63,957 bases of DNA, filler included, from Calcarisporiella thermophila CBS 279.70 (GCF_041956535.1; 12 parts of 11 records of this genome joined end to end with filler, not necessarily neighbours in it); one strand, 5' to 3'; positions 50,038 to 62,493 are shown, counted from the first letter of the whole stretch. A program made the numbers and translations. Notes: generated by a model from the letters alone, not told the origin.

Positions 50038-50727
50038 CTACTCATCCTTATAAAATCTCCTCAAATACTTCTCAGCTTCCTGGCATTCTCGTTTCACAAT
50101 ACTAATGTGTTGTGTTATCAGACGCAACGCCTCTTCTTCGTCTATGGTCGCCGTCCCCAAGTCGTTCTTGAGATTTCCGATGTTTTGAATCTTTTCGCAA
50201 CTAGCCTTCACTTTGTTGAGGCCTAGGGCAGCTGAACTGCCTTTAAGAAAATGGCCCAGATGAGAGAGTTCATCGAGTTTTTTGGATTTCCTAGTTAGAG
50301 CGTGTAATTACAAAGAGTGATGCAATTGAGTGGATTTAGGAAAATGGAGGGAAAACTGATATGAAAGATAACTTACAATGCTTCATCCATATTTCGAACG
50401 GTACTCTCGACCTGTTCAAAATAGTTCCATACAATGCTCCGACTAAATTCTCGATCTTCATCATCGTCCATCTCAAGTAGCTGGTCGAAAGTGATATGGT
50501 CTATAATGTCATCGTCCAGGCGAGTTGCTTCAGCTTCGCCATGCGCGATTTCATCTTCTGTGCCTGCCAGAGACTTATTCTTTTCATCAGGTGCCAGATC
50601 CTGCTACAGTTTAGGAAGAGAGAAAAGAAAAAACGCATGAATAAGTATGAGTGAGATCTATGTGGAAACGGGCGTTGTTTGTTTTTACCGATGGCGTAAT
50701 TGGAGGTGGGTCTGTTACTGGTGCCAT
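50038..50727 (-). CDS. YPD1: Histidine phosphotransfer protein Ypd1 (3 exons)
   Basis: TFDQLLEMDDDEDREFSRSIVWNYFEQ; LSHLGHFLKGSSAALGL. Confidence 0.95.
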
Positions 50728-51151
50728 TATTTATATATAGTTATACGGATCGAAAATAACAAGCTCCAACCCACAAACTCTCAGTATAGAAGGATGAGAG
50801 AGAAAAGACGCGGTAAGATTCAAAGACAAGGTAGAAAACTGCTGGGGTTGTTTGCTTTAGAGGGATGTGGAACTGCCAAAAAGCTTTAAAAGGGGGGGAG
50901 CAGGCATGAGAACAAGTTATTTTTTTAATTCAGAATATACGTCACTTTACAATTGTGATTTAAGAAATGAATTAACGAATGAAAAGTGGGGAAGCGGGGA
51001 GAGAAATGATGCACAAATCGTTATGGTAGGGGGGTAGATGTACAGCCATAACAGATAGTGTAAGGAGTAGAGTCGCTAAGAGATTTCACTTTATTAATAT
51101 TACAGAAGAGAGTTGATGGACCATGACGTAAAGAATAAAAATAAAAATGCA

Positions 51152-51223
51152 TGGGACGTGAGAGACTCGAACTCCCAACCTTCCGCTCTGGAGGCGGACG
51201 CGCTACCATTGCGCCAACGCCCC
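51152..51223 (-). tRNA. tRNA-Trp(CCA)
   Basis: GGGGCGT/ACGTCCC acceptor, TCCGC-CT-CCA-GA-GCGGA, GTTCGAGTC. Confidence 0.95.
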
Positions 51224-51339
51224 ATTAATTTCTGTNNNNNNNNNNNNNNNNNNNNNNNNNNNNNNNNNNNNNNNNNNNNTTAATTAATTAANNNNNNNNN
51301 NNNNNNNNNNNNNNNNNNNNNNNNNNNNNNNNNNNAAAA

Positions 51340-51720
51340 TGTTACGAGAAAATTGGTTTTTGTACGGAGAAGTCACAGAGGCAGTCACATAGACATTCAG
51401 AAAGCGCGATATCTTTCAAGTAGAGCAGCCATTAGAATTGATTACCGCTACGTTGCCGACCCCTCGTGGTTACTCGCCGCCCTCGTGGTTACTCTTATAC
51501 TCCCTCATGGCTATCTTGTTGATGTTGATTGATACTTTGTTGTCTTATCTATCTCATCTTTGAATACCAGTGATAATTATTCTCCTTTGATCACAATTCT
51601 ATTTAAACCCTTCGGTTTGTTTTAATGTTCAACACCAATTCCCTGAATTATTAAGATAAATCTCTTATTTCTATCAAGATCCGGATACCCCTCCACACAA
51701 ACCTCCTTTCGCCCGTAACA
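51340..51720 (+). mobile_element. Solo LTR (family T2), followed by the start of a second related LTR at 51725
   Basis: TGTTACG...CGTAACA, flanked by AAAA/AAAA; homologous to 3024-3383. Confidence 0.8.
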
Positions 51721-51795
51721 AAAATGTTACGGGAAAATTGGCTATTGTATCACAGAGTCACATAGGCAGTCACATAGACATTTAGGAAGCACCGC

Positions 51796-52109
51796 GCCGT
51801 CCCTGGATGGCACAGTGGTTAAGAGCCCCGGGGCTTAACCAATGTGTGCTGGGTTCGATTTCCGGCGACGGCACCTGTACTAGAGATGGATCCGGGACAT
51901 ACTCTAGGAATCGAGCTATAAGATACTCCGTTCTTAATAATTTGATATTGATCGTCCTCAGAAAACAAAGTAAAACGTTTAATATAGTGACTTGTCAGAA
52001 GAAATACATGTAGGCAATGGTTGAGCGTTAGAAATAGCGTGCAAATCCTTTCATTTAACTTGTATAGGAGACTTTTCAATAAAAGATCCTTCAATCTCAA
52101 AAAAAATAA
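51796..52109 (+). mobile_element. tRNA-derived SINE-B copy 1 with 13-14-bp TSD
   Basis: Head GCCGTC..TGGCACAGTGG..GGTTCGATTTCC..GACGGCACC; tail TTTCAATAAAAGATCC-polyA; TSD TAGGAAGCACCGC. Confidence 0.8.
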
Positions 52110-52123
52110 TAGGAAGCACCGCG

Positions 52124-52224
52124 TTAATATCTAGCTTTTCTCTCATTTTATTACTTTTAATAATGTAACGACTGAACTTTAGAGTCTTCTTAAGCAATAA
52201 AGATTCACTTTTGGTCAAAAAAAA
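52124..52224 (+). mobile_element. ~100-bp 3' tail of LINE L-1b
   Basis: Similar to 23925-24023 (TTCATTTTATT..TTTAGAGTCTTC..AATAAAGA..polyA). Confidence 0.7.
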
Positions 52225-52246
52225 TAGCCATTTAGGAAGCGCGAAC

Positions 52247-52570
52247 GCCGTCCTTGGATGGCACAGTAGTTAGATGCCCCGGAGCTTAACTATTGTGTGC
52301 TGGGTTCGATTCCCGGTGATGCCACCCGTCCATGAAGCTTTACCGAGTTTTTCTCAGGACTCAACCGCTATCAATAGTATAGCAACAGGCAAGTAATATC
52401 AAGAGGCTACAAAAATAGGTAGCAAAAATCCTTAGGAGAAATCCAACCACAAAAATGGGAGGACAGGGGCAGTACCTGGGTGATTTTGATGTAGAAGTCT
52501 ACCCTTCCATTCCCTTCAGAGAAAAATCATCAAGTGGATGTTAAAAAAAATACATCCCAAGGAAAAAAAA
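52247..52570 (+). mobile_element. SINE-B copy 2 (different body and tail)
   Basis: Same tRNA-like head; tail carries CCTGGGTGATTTTGATGTAGAAG as in LINE L-2. Confidence 0.7.
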
Positions 52571-52580
52571 AGGAAGCACG

Positions 52581-53177
52581 AGCTTCGTCTGCCGCACTCT
52601 TGGAGTGAGAGCCTACGAATCAACCAAGGAAGACTAGACTATTGGGAAGAGTCTACAAAACCATGGGCTACCAACGGGAAGTAGTGTCAACAGTCCATGA
52701 TGCAGCAATCTAGACCAGCTATAGATCCAGATTATCGATAATAATGGATATCGCTCAACCAAGCGAAATATCGCTATCTGAACAACTAGGACACGAAATG
52801 CAAAAAGTTGTGAAGTCCAAGTGGTGGTCAGCGTCTATAAAGGATAAGAAAGAAGTTTTCCAAGAGCTTTGGTGTAAGGGAAGTTGGATACAAGCCCAAG
52901 GAGACGAAATATCCTTCATCCAAAACACTTATCTCTAATACGATATTGCCGAATACCCTATCACCCGCATTCCAAGTTTCTCTTTTCTTTTTCTTATCCT
53001 TTATTATCTCCTTTCCTCTCTCGTATACCACCTTCCTTGAAAAATAGGAAGATATCCATACTATCTACTATTTCTTACATGTATTGATTGTTTTCTGATA
53101 TCTTGATATATATCAAATTCCTTTACTAACAAAAAAGGATACTTTTTAATAATGATCCTCCTAACAAAAAAAAAAAA
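52581..53177 (+). mobile_element. LINE family L-3 3' end
   Basis: Degenerate ORF2 C-terminus related to L-2 (YESTKED..., VKSKWW); UTR matches 63644-63931; poly(A). Confidence 0.82.
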
Positions 53178-53503
53178 TTCTGGAAGCACGATAGTTTTAC
53201 TACTTACCCACCTATCTGAGCAGAAAATTGTTATTATCAACTTACCTCATCTACAATACCGCCTCTATATTTAGCCTCCCTTTCATTTTCTCACTTTCAA
53301 TAATGTAACTAATGTAATTTAGAGCCCTTTTATAATAATTTATGCTAAAATCATAGATTTCATATCCTATTATATTAATCTGTAATCGATCGGCCATTAG
53401 TGAAGCACGGCATTTGTAGTATGTTAAGTAAACGGAAAAATTATCTAGATCTAAAGAAAATGGTAGTTGCTGAAGTATCAAAAATATATGATTTTAAATA
53501 GAT

Positions 53504-53575
53504 TAGCGACGAAAGGTTTCGATCCTTTGACCTTCAGGTTATGAGCCTGACGAACTTCCACTGTTCCACGTCGCT
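53504..53575 (-). tRNA. Initiator tRNA-Met(CAU)
   Basis: A1:U72, CAT anticodon, T-loop GATCGAAAC (A54/A60) diagnostic of eukaryotic initiator tRNA. Confidence 0.93.
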
Positions 53576-53583
53576 TTCACGTG

Positions 53584-53997
53584 CGTTGTGAGGAGAATTG
53601 GCAAAATATGGAATTATGGCGCAGTAGGAGGAAAGGAGGCTTGGTTTTGGTGGCTTATTTTTCTTTTACACTTCTTTAAGTTCTTGGGATGGTTTTATTA
53701 GTATATTTATTAGCTTACGGTTACGGTTAACATATTTTTCCTTGATTACCTCATTATATTTTTATTATCTTGTTTACACTTATGTTTGTGGTACGTTATC
53801 TTTAGTATAAAAGGGAAACATCTTTGTTTACAATAAAAGGGTGCTATTTTTGTTTTGGGATAGAACCGGATTACTTTACAATCCACTTTGTGTCGTTTAT
53901 TAGCCTTCTGAAGTGTTTACGGAAGGACAATCAAGAGCTTAGGGATAGCTAGAGGATTGCCAGGATAGACCTTATTAGTCTATTAATCGACGCAACA
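53584..53997. mobile_element. Solo LTR (family T3) 8 bp upstream of tRNA-iMet, 4-bp TSD CGTG
   Basis: CGTTGTG (mutated TG)...CGCAACA ends; CGTG at 53580-53583 and 53998-54001; second copy at 40632. Confidence 0.7.
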
Positions 53998-54070
53998 CGT
54001 GAACTATATGAGAAAATAGATTTTTAATATGGACGAGTCATGTTGACAGTCACAAAGGATTTTTTTTTCC

Positions 54071-55293
54071 AGGCGGTAACCCAACCCTCATCCAGCGATA
54101 ATCCACCCGGAAGAGTAACCAGAAGCAAGGCAATGACTATCGTCGTTCAAACTTCATCGCTGGATGACAGCAGAGCTCCCAACAGAGGCAGTGATACAAC
54201 CTTAGGGAGTTCCACCAGTCAGCATAACCCACGATTGGAAGAAAATGAGACCATAGAGCTAGAGAAACTAAGCGATCTCAAGAAAGACAATATAAACGAC
54301 GTGGAAGTAGTTGAGGACGACGGGATGGAAAGTGACAGAATGGAGGACAGCTCCTTCTAATTCACAATTATACCCCCCACCCCAACACCCTATCCCATTA
54401 CTCAATGTCTATATCGATCCTATCTCTCAACACTCGGGGTTTGGTTAACCCCCAAAAAAGACGTACACTATTTAACTGGCTGAAGCTAATATCGAAACCC
54501 CACTTAATCCTTCTCCAAGAAATTCACTCCCCTGACGAAGCAAATTACTCACACTCAGAAGCACATATAGAGGCCGAGAATGAAGATGACAACCACCCAG
54601 GGCAGAGAGAATGGGGCCGACCAGCTATACGGTCATACCATTCTGCCATACTATCTACACATTCCGACACTACCCTTTCCGACGTGGACATCGCCTTGGA
54701 AGGCCGTGTCCTAAATTGTGTGGCCCGTTCCCCTCTTCTCCCCTACCCGATCACCCTGATAAATGTATACGCCCCATCCGCAGAGCCGGACACGCAGGCC
54801 TTCTATGACGCATTCCCAGCCTCACTGTAAGAACACAGGTTAATAATGGGAGGCGACTTCAACACACATCTTGATCCGGCAATTGACCGCACACCACCAG
54901 CTCCCAACTCCCAAAACCGCAGAGGCTCCTCACATCGACTTCGGATGATCACGTCTGCGGCCTCGGATCTTCATATGACCACATGGCTATTCAGATAGAA
55001 ATAAGGAACACTGCAGCTCCTAAATCTGGATACGGTCAATGGCGGTTTAATTCCAGCCTAGCAGATGATGAACTCTACACAGCCACACTCAAGGCCCCAA
55101 GAATTCCAATCACTCACAACCACCTACGCGGCGCAAAGACAACGCCGGTATAGAACAGAGGAAACGCAGCTTAACAGGGCTCTCAAGAGATACCAAGACG
55201 GCCCATGGACTAGAGAGTCGCATGCCGAACTGCTGAGCAATTGGCGACCGATATCTCTCCTCAATGTGGACATTAAACTCCTAACGAGAATAC
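54071..55293 (+). mobile_element. L1/Tx1-type LINE: ORF1 3' end plus degenerate ORF2 (APE endonuclease, deletions)
   Basis: SLNTRGL, LILLQEIH, LINVYAPS, GGDFN, YDH, NWRPISLLNVDIK; internal stop and deletions. Confidence 0.88.
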
Positions 55294-55393
55294 NNNNNNN
55301 NNNNNNNNNNNNNNNNNNNNNNNNNNNNNNNNNNNNNTTAATTAATTAANNNNNNNNNNNNNNNNNNNNNNNNNNNNNNNNNNNNNNNNNNNN

Positions 55394-57913
55394 GTATACG
55401 CTCCTTCCAGTGAACCCGAAATCCAGTCATTCTTCAACACATTCCCAGTACCAACCGACTCATATCGGTTAATTATGGGCGGAGACTTCAACACACACCT
55501 AGATCCCGCCATCGATAGGTGCCCGCCCTCACCCAACTCTCCTTCCCGAAGGGGGTCATCTCGCCACCTCCGCCGCATCACATCCGAGGCATCTCTCACA
55601 GATGTACACCGACACTTCTCATCAAGAGCAGACCAGTTCACCTACAAGCGACGGGATGGATCAATCAAGTCAAGGCTGGATCTATTCTGGGTGAGTCCTA
55701 CACTCCTCCCCAGGACATCCGACGTCGCCATTATCGACCCGCCTGACCCTATCTATGACCACATGGCAATCCAAATACATATTTGCACGACCGCAGCCCC
55801 AAAGGGAAAATGCGGACAATGGCGCTTCAACGCAGCCCTTGCAAATGAAAAGGCCTACTCCTCCCTCCTCAAAGCACAATGGCAGCAGCTATGCTTAGAA
55901 TGCGAATCCTCCAAGACGGCCTGCGAATTCTGGAACAAGGCCAAAAGGTTATTTCAAGAATTCACAACTGCATACGCGTCACAACGCCAACGCCGATTCA
56001 GGGCAGAGGAGACGCGCATACATAGAGCCCTCCGCCAACTAGGGAATACCCCAGACACGGAAGCATCACGCTCTCAAAATGACGAGCTCCGTAATCAACT
56101 CGCGACTCACACTAATCGCAAAGCAGAGGCCCTCCGCATTCGCTCCAGAATAATGTGGACCGACGCGGGGGAAAAATCCTCAGCTTACTTCCACCGCCGA
56201 ATCGCGGGTCGACGAGCCGTCAACGCGATGACGGCACTCAAAAAGCCAGACGGAGCAAATACTGAGGACCCAAGTGAAATGGCCATACTAACAAACCGCT
56301 TCTACACAGAACTATACTCCGCCGGCCCAACATCCTCGGCGGACCAAGAAGAACTCCTAGGCCACATTGAAAACACTCTACTGCCAGAACACCGTACCCT
56401 CCTCGACCGACCGATCACTGAAGAGGAAGTAAGAAGAGCGATCCGCAAAGCACCGCGAAACAAATCGCCTGGCCCCGATGGATTGACAGCTGAGTTCTAT
56501 AGAGCTTTCGAAGATGAACTGGCCCCTTTCCTCCTAGAACTCTTTAATGAAGCTCTCACAACCAACTCCCCACTTTTATTCTCCAAACGAGCGACAATCA
56601 TTTTAATATACAAACGGAAAGGCGACGCTACGGAACTGGAAAACTGGCGACCAATATCCCTTCTCAACGTCGACATCAAAATGCTGACGCGAATTCCCTC
56701 GTGGAGACTACTAGCCTTCATATCCACAATCATCCACGTGGATCAATGTGGCTTTGCCCCAGGGAGGCGAGCCCACGAGAATGCACTAGCTATACAACAA
56801 ACCATCGACCACGCGACCAAAAATAAGGTCAACGGTGCTCTACTCTTTCTTGACCAAGAAAAGGCCTATGACCGGGTAAGCTGGGCATGGATACAGAGGT
56901 GCCTAGAGAAGTTCAACTTCGGCCCGCGATTTCGATCCTTTATCCATAGATTACACGAAGGCTTTCAAGCGTCAGTGTGCATAGATGGCTCTCTAACGGC
57001 TCCATTTCCTATCACAAGAGGAGTTCGACAAGGTGATCCACTGTCTCCATACCTATACAACATCACAGTTGAACCTCTATTCGCCACAATCAGAGCCAAG
57101 ATATGCGGCATTACCATTTCAGCACCACAACGACCCCTCAAAGCGCTCGCCTACGCAGACGATTTGACCGTAGGAGTTGTAGATCAACAAGATGCTGACC
57201 ACCTGTTTCAAATCCTCGACATATACTCGAGAGCTACGGACGCAAAAGTCAACATTAACAAAACGGAAGCGGTCGCTCTCACGCTAAGTGCTCGCACCTC
57301 GATAAACCCCAGATGTGAATACATTCCAGCAGGGGAGATAGTTACCGGCCTCGGCATTCCAATTTACCTTCCGACAGCAGATAAACCCACACAAATCCCA
57401 GACCACCCAAGTGAGGCTTATTACACATGTCAATTATCAAAGCTGAGACAAACGATCCAATCATGGAGGATTCGTAAACTCTCACTCCTCGGTAAAGTCC
57501 ACCTGATCAACTCTCGACTATTGTCCCGAATATGGTACGTTGCCACAATTATACGCCCACCTGAATACTTCTTCAAAGAGCTGGACGAAATAATACGGCA
57601 GTTCTTATGGGACGGACGTGGCCCGCAAATCAGTCTCAAATTGCTAGCGAAATCCCGAGAAGAAGGTGGACTTGGACTCATTCTCCCTCGCCACCAAACA
57701 ACAGCCCTACTTGCCTCATGGATACCAAAGTTCGCAGAGTTACTAAAAAGGCCCAACCAAGACCCAAAAACACCTCTGTGGGCAAGCATTCTGAAGCATA
57801 ATCTCTTGAGCATGTACGCTCCATTCGGATACGAGATGTCCATCTTCGCAACCACCTTCACATGTGCCAAACTCAAACGCAAAGAGGGAGTCTGGTACAA
57901 CTTGTATCAAGTG
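55394..57913 (+). mobile_element. L1/Tx1-type LINE ORF2 (APE end plus RT), open across the whole contig
   Basis: GGDFN, SRLD, GEKSSAYF, KSPGPDG, NWRPISLLN, LDQEKAYDRV, GVRQGDPLSP, YADD. Confidence 0.95.
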
Positions 57914-58013
57914 NNNNNNNNNNNNNNNNNNNNNNNNNNNNNNNNNNNNNNNNNNNNTTAATTAATTAANNNNNNNNNNNNNNNNNNNNNNNNNNNNNNN
58001 NNNNNNNNNNNNN

Positions 58014-59565
58014 GTTAAAATACAGTCCAAGCAGATGTTCATCAATTACTGGACAAGTGCACAGACTCTCACTCATAGAACACGTGTGTTTGGTTTCCAG
58101 TCGTCTGGTCCCCTTCGCACGGGCTTCGGACCTGGAGAATAACGTTTCGTATATTCCCGTGAGCTTGACTGCTGGATTCACCTCGGGATCCCATTTGCCA
58201 TTCTTCAGCAGTTCCACCCATGCATCGAAAGAGACAATGTCGAAAATCAGATCGAGCTTCTGAAGTGAGTTAAGAACTTCGTTCCACGCCGTGTGCTTTG
58301 GATTCACGAAATGACTGACGAGATAGTATGGTCCATGGGCAGAGTCTTGAAGAGGAGGTCGGTTGATGACCCCAATTTCCACAATGGAACGGGAGGCTAC
58401 ATCCACAGGAATCCAGTCGATCTCGGTGGATCCCAAGTCTGGCATGGCATGCATGATGCTAGACCCGCAGTAGAGCATCATAGACCACATCTCGGACATG
58501 TTCCATGCACCATTCTCCGAGTCTCCTGATACTTGTCCCACTCGAAGCAAGTTGACCGGGATGCTTAACTCACGGGCGGCGCGCTGTAGGATGATCTCCG
58601 CAGCATACTTGGATCGACCGTATCCCATTGGCACCGCGATCTCAGGCTTATCCTCGGGAAGAGGGAGCTCGGGGATGGTAGGGGTAGGAACACGGCCACT
58701 AGATGAGACGCTGGAGGTGAAAAGGATCCGTTTTGGAGTGGAGGACGCACAAGCAAGTGCAATGAGATGATAGACACTGGCCACGCTTTCCGACTCGAAT
58801 GCCTCGACAGGAACATTGAAATCCATCTTCCAAGCGCAATGGATGATCGTCGTTACTTCCTCAGCCAATCGTGAATATACCTCTTGCGTCTGGCCCAGAT
58901 ATGCATCTCCCATGTTGTATTCGAGTGCCTCCACACGATCCGTATTGAGAATGGAAGCATCGAGTTGGCGCTTGGCAAAGGATTGATGCATTCGCTCCAT
59001 CCCATCATCACCACGCAGCAGACAGTACACCTTGCGAACATTGTTGAGCCTCAGCAGATCGCGAACAAGGAAGTTTCCAAGCGAGCCAGACGCTCCAGTC
59101 ACCAGGACGATCTCATCCCGAGCACCAGATGAGAGGCTGAAATGGTCGCTGGTGGAGGTAAACTTTGGCTGGATATGCGAGAAATCGCTGTATTTGGAGA
59201 TCAAATCGCGAGTTGCTTGCAGCTGCTGGGCATCATAGTCGCTCGGATCATCGGACGCGTTGCGATTGGCTTTTGCACAAAGATGGTCTGCTAACTTGCC
59301 TACGCTATTGTAGGTGTACACGACGTTCTGAGCTAGCTCGAGGCTGGGGAACATCTGAGTGAGCTGGTTTCGGAATCGAATAGCCATGAGCGAGTCCATC
59401 CCAATGTCGAAGAACGATGTTGTTGCAAACTCTGGAGTATTCGTGACGGGATGGTTGGTGAGGCCGGCAATCAAACTCGTTAACTTGTGTCGAAGTGCCT
59501 GCTTATCTTGGAGAAGATGCTCAGCGGACGAGTTGCCATTCGCCACACCGTTGCGCCCCTTGTGG
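58014..59565 (-). CDS. NRPS-like carboxylic acid reductase, partial (carrier protein plus terminal thioester reductase)
   Basis: FFDIGMDSL phosphopantetheine site; VLVTGASGSLG; GYGRSKYAAE; RVGQVSG; both ends cut by the contig. Confidence 0.9.
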
Positions 59566-60032
59566 NNNNNNNNNNNNNNNNNNNNNNNNNNNNNNNNNNN
59601 NNNNNNNNNTTAATTAATTAANNNNNNNNNNNNNNNNNNNNNNNNNNNNNNNNNNNNNNNNNNNNTGTGAGCGCTCTCCCCGGCGGGATCGCCGTCACCT
59701 GCGAGCAGCAGCAGATCCTAGATCAGAAACAGGAGTCAAGGGGCAGCGGGGAAAGCCTCAAGTCGCCGCTAAAGATCCACAACCTCTTGAACTGAGGGGA
59801 TCCTGCTCCTGGCATCTTATGTAAATAAATATAATCTCGTGTAGCTAATGTATTTCTTCCTCTTCAGATTGTGCACTTGTGCCAGCTATCTTTTTTTATT
59901 TTTGTTTCTTCGTTTTTTTTTTTTCAAATCATTGTTGTAATGTCAAAGTTGAAATAAAATCAACAGCCATGTTGCACCAGCTAATATTATAGAACGTATT
60001 CATAGACATGTGTTGGATAGATTGCGGAGATA

Positions 60033-61300
60033 TTATTCCTTCTTCTCGCCGTCACCCTTCTCCTCCACTTCTCCCTCCTCTTTCTTGTCGGCCGTATCCC
60101 CAAGCTCGTCACTGAAGTCATCGTCTGCGTTATCGGCGCCTACGAACTTCCTCCTGCGACTGACGCGGTGCGTTACCGCGGCCCCCATTAGAAACAGGAC
60201 CAGCACGCTTACAAGCTCAACGTACATCCGCCAGCTGGGACTGTATTCCACCGCGTGGAGCACGTTGCGGTCAACCAGATCGATCACGGCTCTCTGCATC
60301 CCCGCGTTGGTGAAATAATCGACTCCAAGCATGACGCACATGGCCCCCATGAATGCGAGCGAGAGAATAACCGCATGGCCCTGCATTGAACCAGCGAGGA
60401 ACACCCCGACTACGACAAAGAAGGCCAGCACAAAATAGCGGGCCATCTCCTATTGTAGGGTAGAAATTCGAAAGCAATTTGTCAGTATCGCTCCCATGGG
60501 GGCAGAAGAGTGGCCGATGAACTTTGCCGCTCACTTACATTGTAGATGACGTGATGCTCGTTCCAGCTTAGAAGGTGCACCCCCATGGACATCCCGCCGG
60601 CCCCCCCTGCGACATAGGGGCCCATGCGACCGAGGAAAGCGCCTCCCCCGGCACCCAACATGCCAGCCGTCAGCGGTACAGCCATGTAGACCACATGTCT
60701 GTTCTCGTATCCCCACGGCGGCTCAGCATTAGCCAAGGCGATGTAGGATAAAGTGGTGGCAAGCATGAGGGTGATGAGAGAATAGGTGACACGGTAATAG
60801 TAGGTAGAGGCAAAGAGCAGATAGAGGCCGATGAGGATGAGGAGCGAGCCAAATATCCCGCGGGCGGGTGTGATGGGAGGGTATTCTATTGGGGCATCGT
60901 GGTGAGTGTTTGGAGCGCATTGCTAAGGTGTGACTAAGTCAAGTCTCTATCGGTTACCATAATAACCTGAGTCGGGTCGCTGCGGCCAACTACTCTGTCT
61001 GAACGCCTTCGCATCCATCCCCTCCTGCGCCTCCGTCTCCGCTGACTCTGACGTACCAGAGCCCCTTGTCTGGCCACTTAGGCAACAGTGTGGGTAGCAT
61101 TCGAGAGTCCAGCTTTGGGGGGAGCAGTCGCAACCCCGGCAGCTCCCGTAGCAAGTTTCACCTTTGCAGTTTTGGAAAGCTTCGGAAACCTCCCTTTCTT
61201 TTAAGCTGAGCCTGGCCGGAGCGAGTGGCCGAGCAAGAACAGGCACAAAGATGAAAATAAAGAGTAGAATCAGGCGGATAGCACCTCTGGGTTTCGACAT
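60033..61300 (-). CDS. TM7SF3/TMEM198-like (DUF4203) membrane protein, multi-exon
   Basis: Signal peptide, Cys-rich ectodomain, several Gly-rich TM helices, MLGVDYF motif. Confidence 0.7.
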
Positions 61301-61697
61301 TTCGAATATAATTCTTGGCCTAATTTCATGGTGGCAGAAAAACACACCCGCTCGAACTAACTCGCTGATGTTATATGAGGTAGCCGGTTGCTTTTGTAAA
61401 AGGACTGAATGCATTTATTTATTTCTTAGTTTGCCACCATATCACACCACGAGTGTCCGATTCTATATTGGAACGTCACGATTCCAAATGGCCCAACTCC
61501 AATATCTCCACATCCAATATACCAATATCCCCCCCCTATCCCCCCCTAAATAGAGTGTTAATTTCTGGTCGGAGTGAACCAATCGAAGGGCTGCAGTATG
61601 ATGATTGAGGTTAGCTACTTTCGTCTTGCATTATATAATACGGCTTGAATCCATCATCGCTTTCGTCCCATACTTATATATCTCATATAATTCGCTA

Positions 61698-62225
61698 ATG
61701 CTGCTCTCACAATCCCTTCGCCCCACTCTTAATCTGAGACATATTCGCCATGTTCGGTGGGCGAGCGTTCTGCATGGGGTAGATCCAGAAAATGTCCTCA
61801 CCAATTCGTTTTATGGTGATGCGATCCGGCAGCAGGTATACCGACCTCCCTCTCCCCCTGTTTCGCAAACTGCCGACAGAGAATCCTCTTCTCCATCGGC
61901 CGATGGAGAGAGGGCCCTGCCAAGCAAGACAACCATGCCCATCGAATCAGCCCCCATGTCTCCCGCACCTGTCAAGAGCAATACCACCCCCTCTCGAGCC
62001 AAAATCACTCTTGGTGAGCTCTCTCGTGTACTCGAGACCTCGAAAAAGCTGGCCCATTATCTCAAACAGCAGGCCGAATCCGAATTCACCAAGACCTCTC
62101 CCGTAGCCGCTGCCGCCCAGGAGGAAAAGACGCTGGGGAAAGAGGAGCTGGAGGGAATGCTAAGACAGCACCGGGAAGAGATTGTACAGGAATTGCTGAA
62201 GGAATTGAAGAAAAAGAAGAACTAA
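61698..62225 (+). CDS. Hypothetical protein, probable mitochondrial presequence and C-terminal coiled coil
   Basis: MLLSQSLRPTLNLRHIRHVRWAS; open reading frame ending in a K-rich helix. Confidence 0.6.
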   Translation: MLLSQSLRPTLNLRHIRHVRWASVLHGVDPENVLTNSFYGDAIRQQVYRPPSPPVSQTADRESSSPSADGERALPSKTTMPIESAPMSPAPVKSNTTPSRAKITLGELSRVLETSKKLAHYLKQQAESEFTKTSPVAAAAQEEKTLGKEELEGMLRQHREEIVQELLKELKKKKN

Positions 62226-62493
62226 TGCGGATAATACATTGTACAATTCCAGCGAGTAGTGTAGATTATTGTTCCTCTGATATACTTTCTCCCATTTCCA
62301 CCTCCCCTTGCTATAGAGCTTTTTACCCATTTATATTTCTCTGTAGACTTTGTGATACAAATTCAGTTGTACCCCCTCTATTTCGCAGCATTATAATTTA
62401 TATATATTTATGTATAGAGATGAAACTTTCAATAAACTAGATGGTCGAACAATCGACGCCACACACATCCCCCCCTCCTCCCTCTTGACTGTT

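Noticed and set aside
51223-51340. tRNA-Trp apparently adjacent to the T2 solo LTR
   Set aside because: Separated by an artificial spacer; true adjacency cannot be claimed
51796-51876. Functional or suppressor/selenocysteine tRNA in the SINE heads (also 2873-2950)
   Set aside because: No proper anticodon stem or UCA loop; followed by a body, poly(A) and TSD, so these are SINE heads
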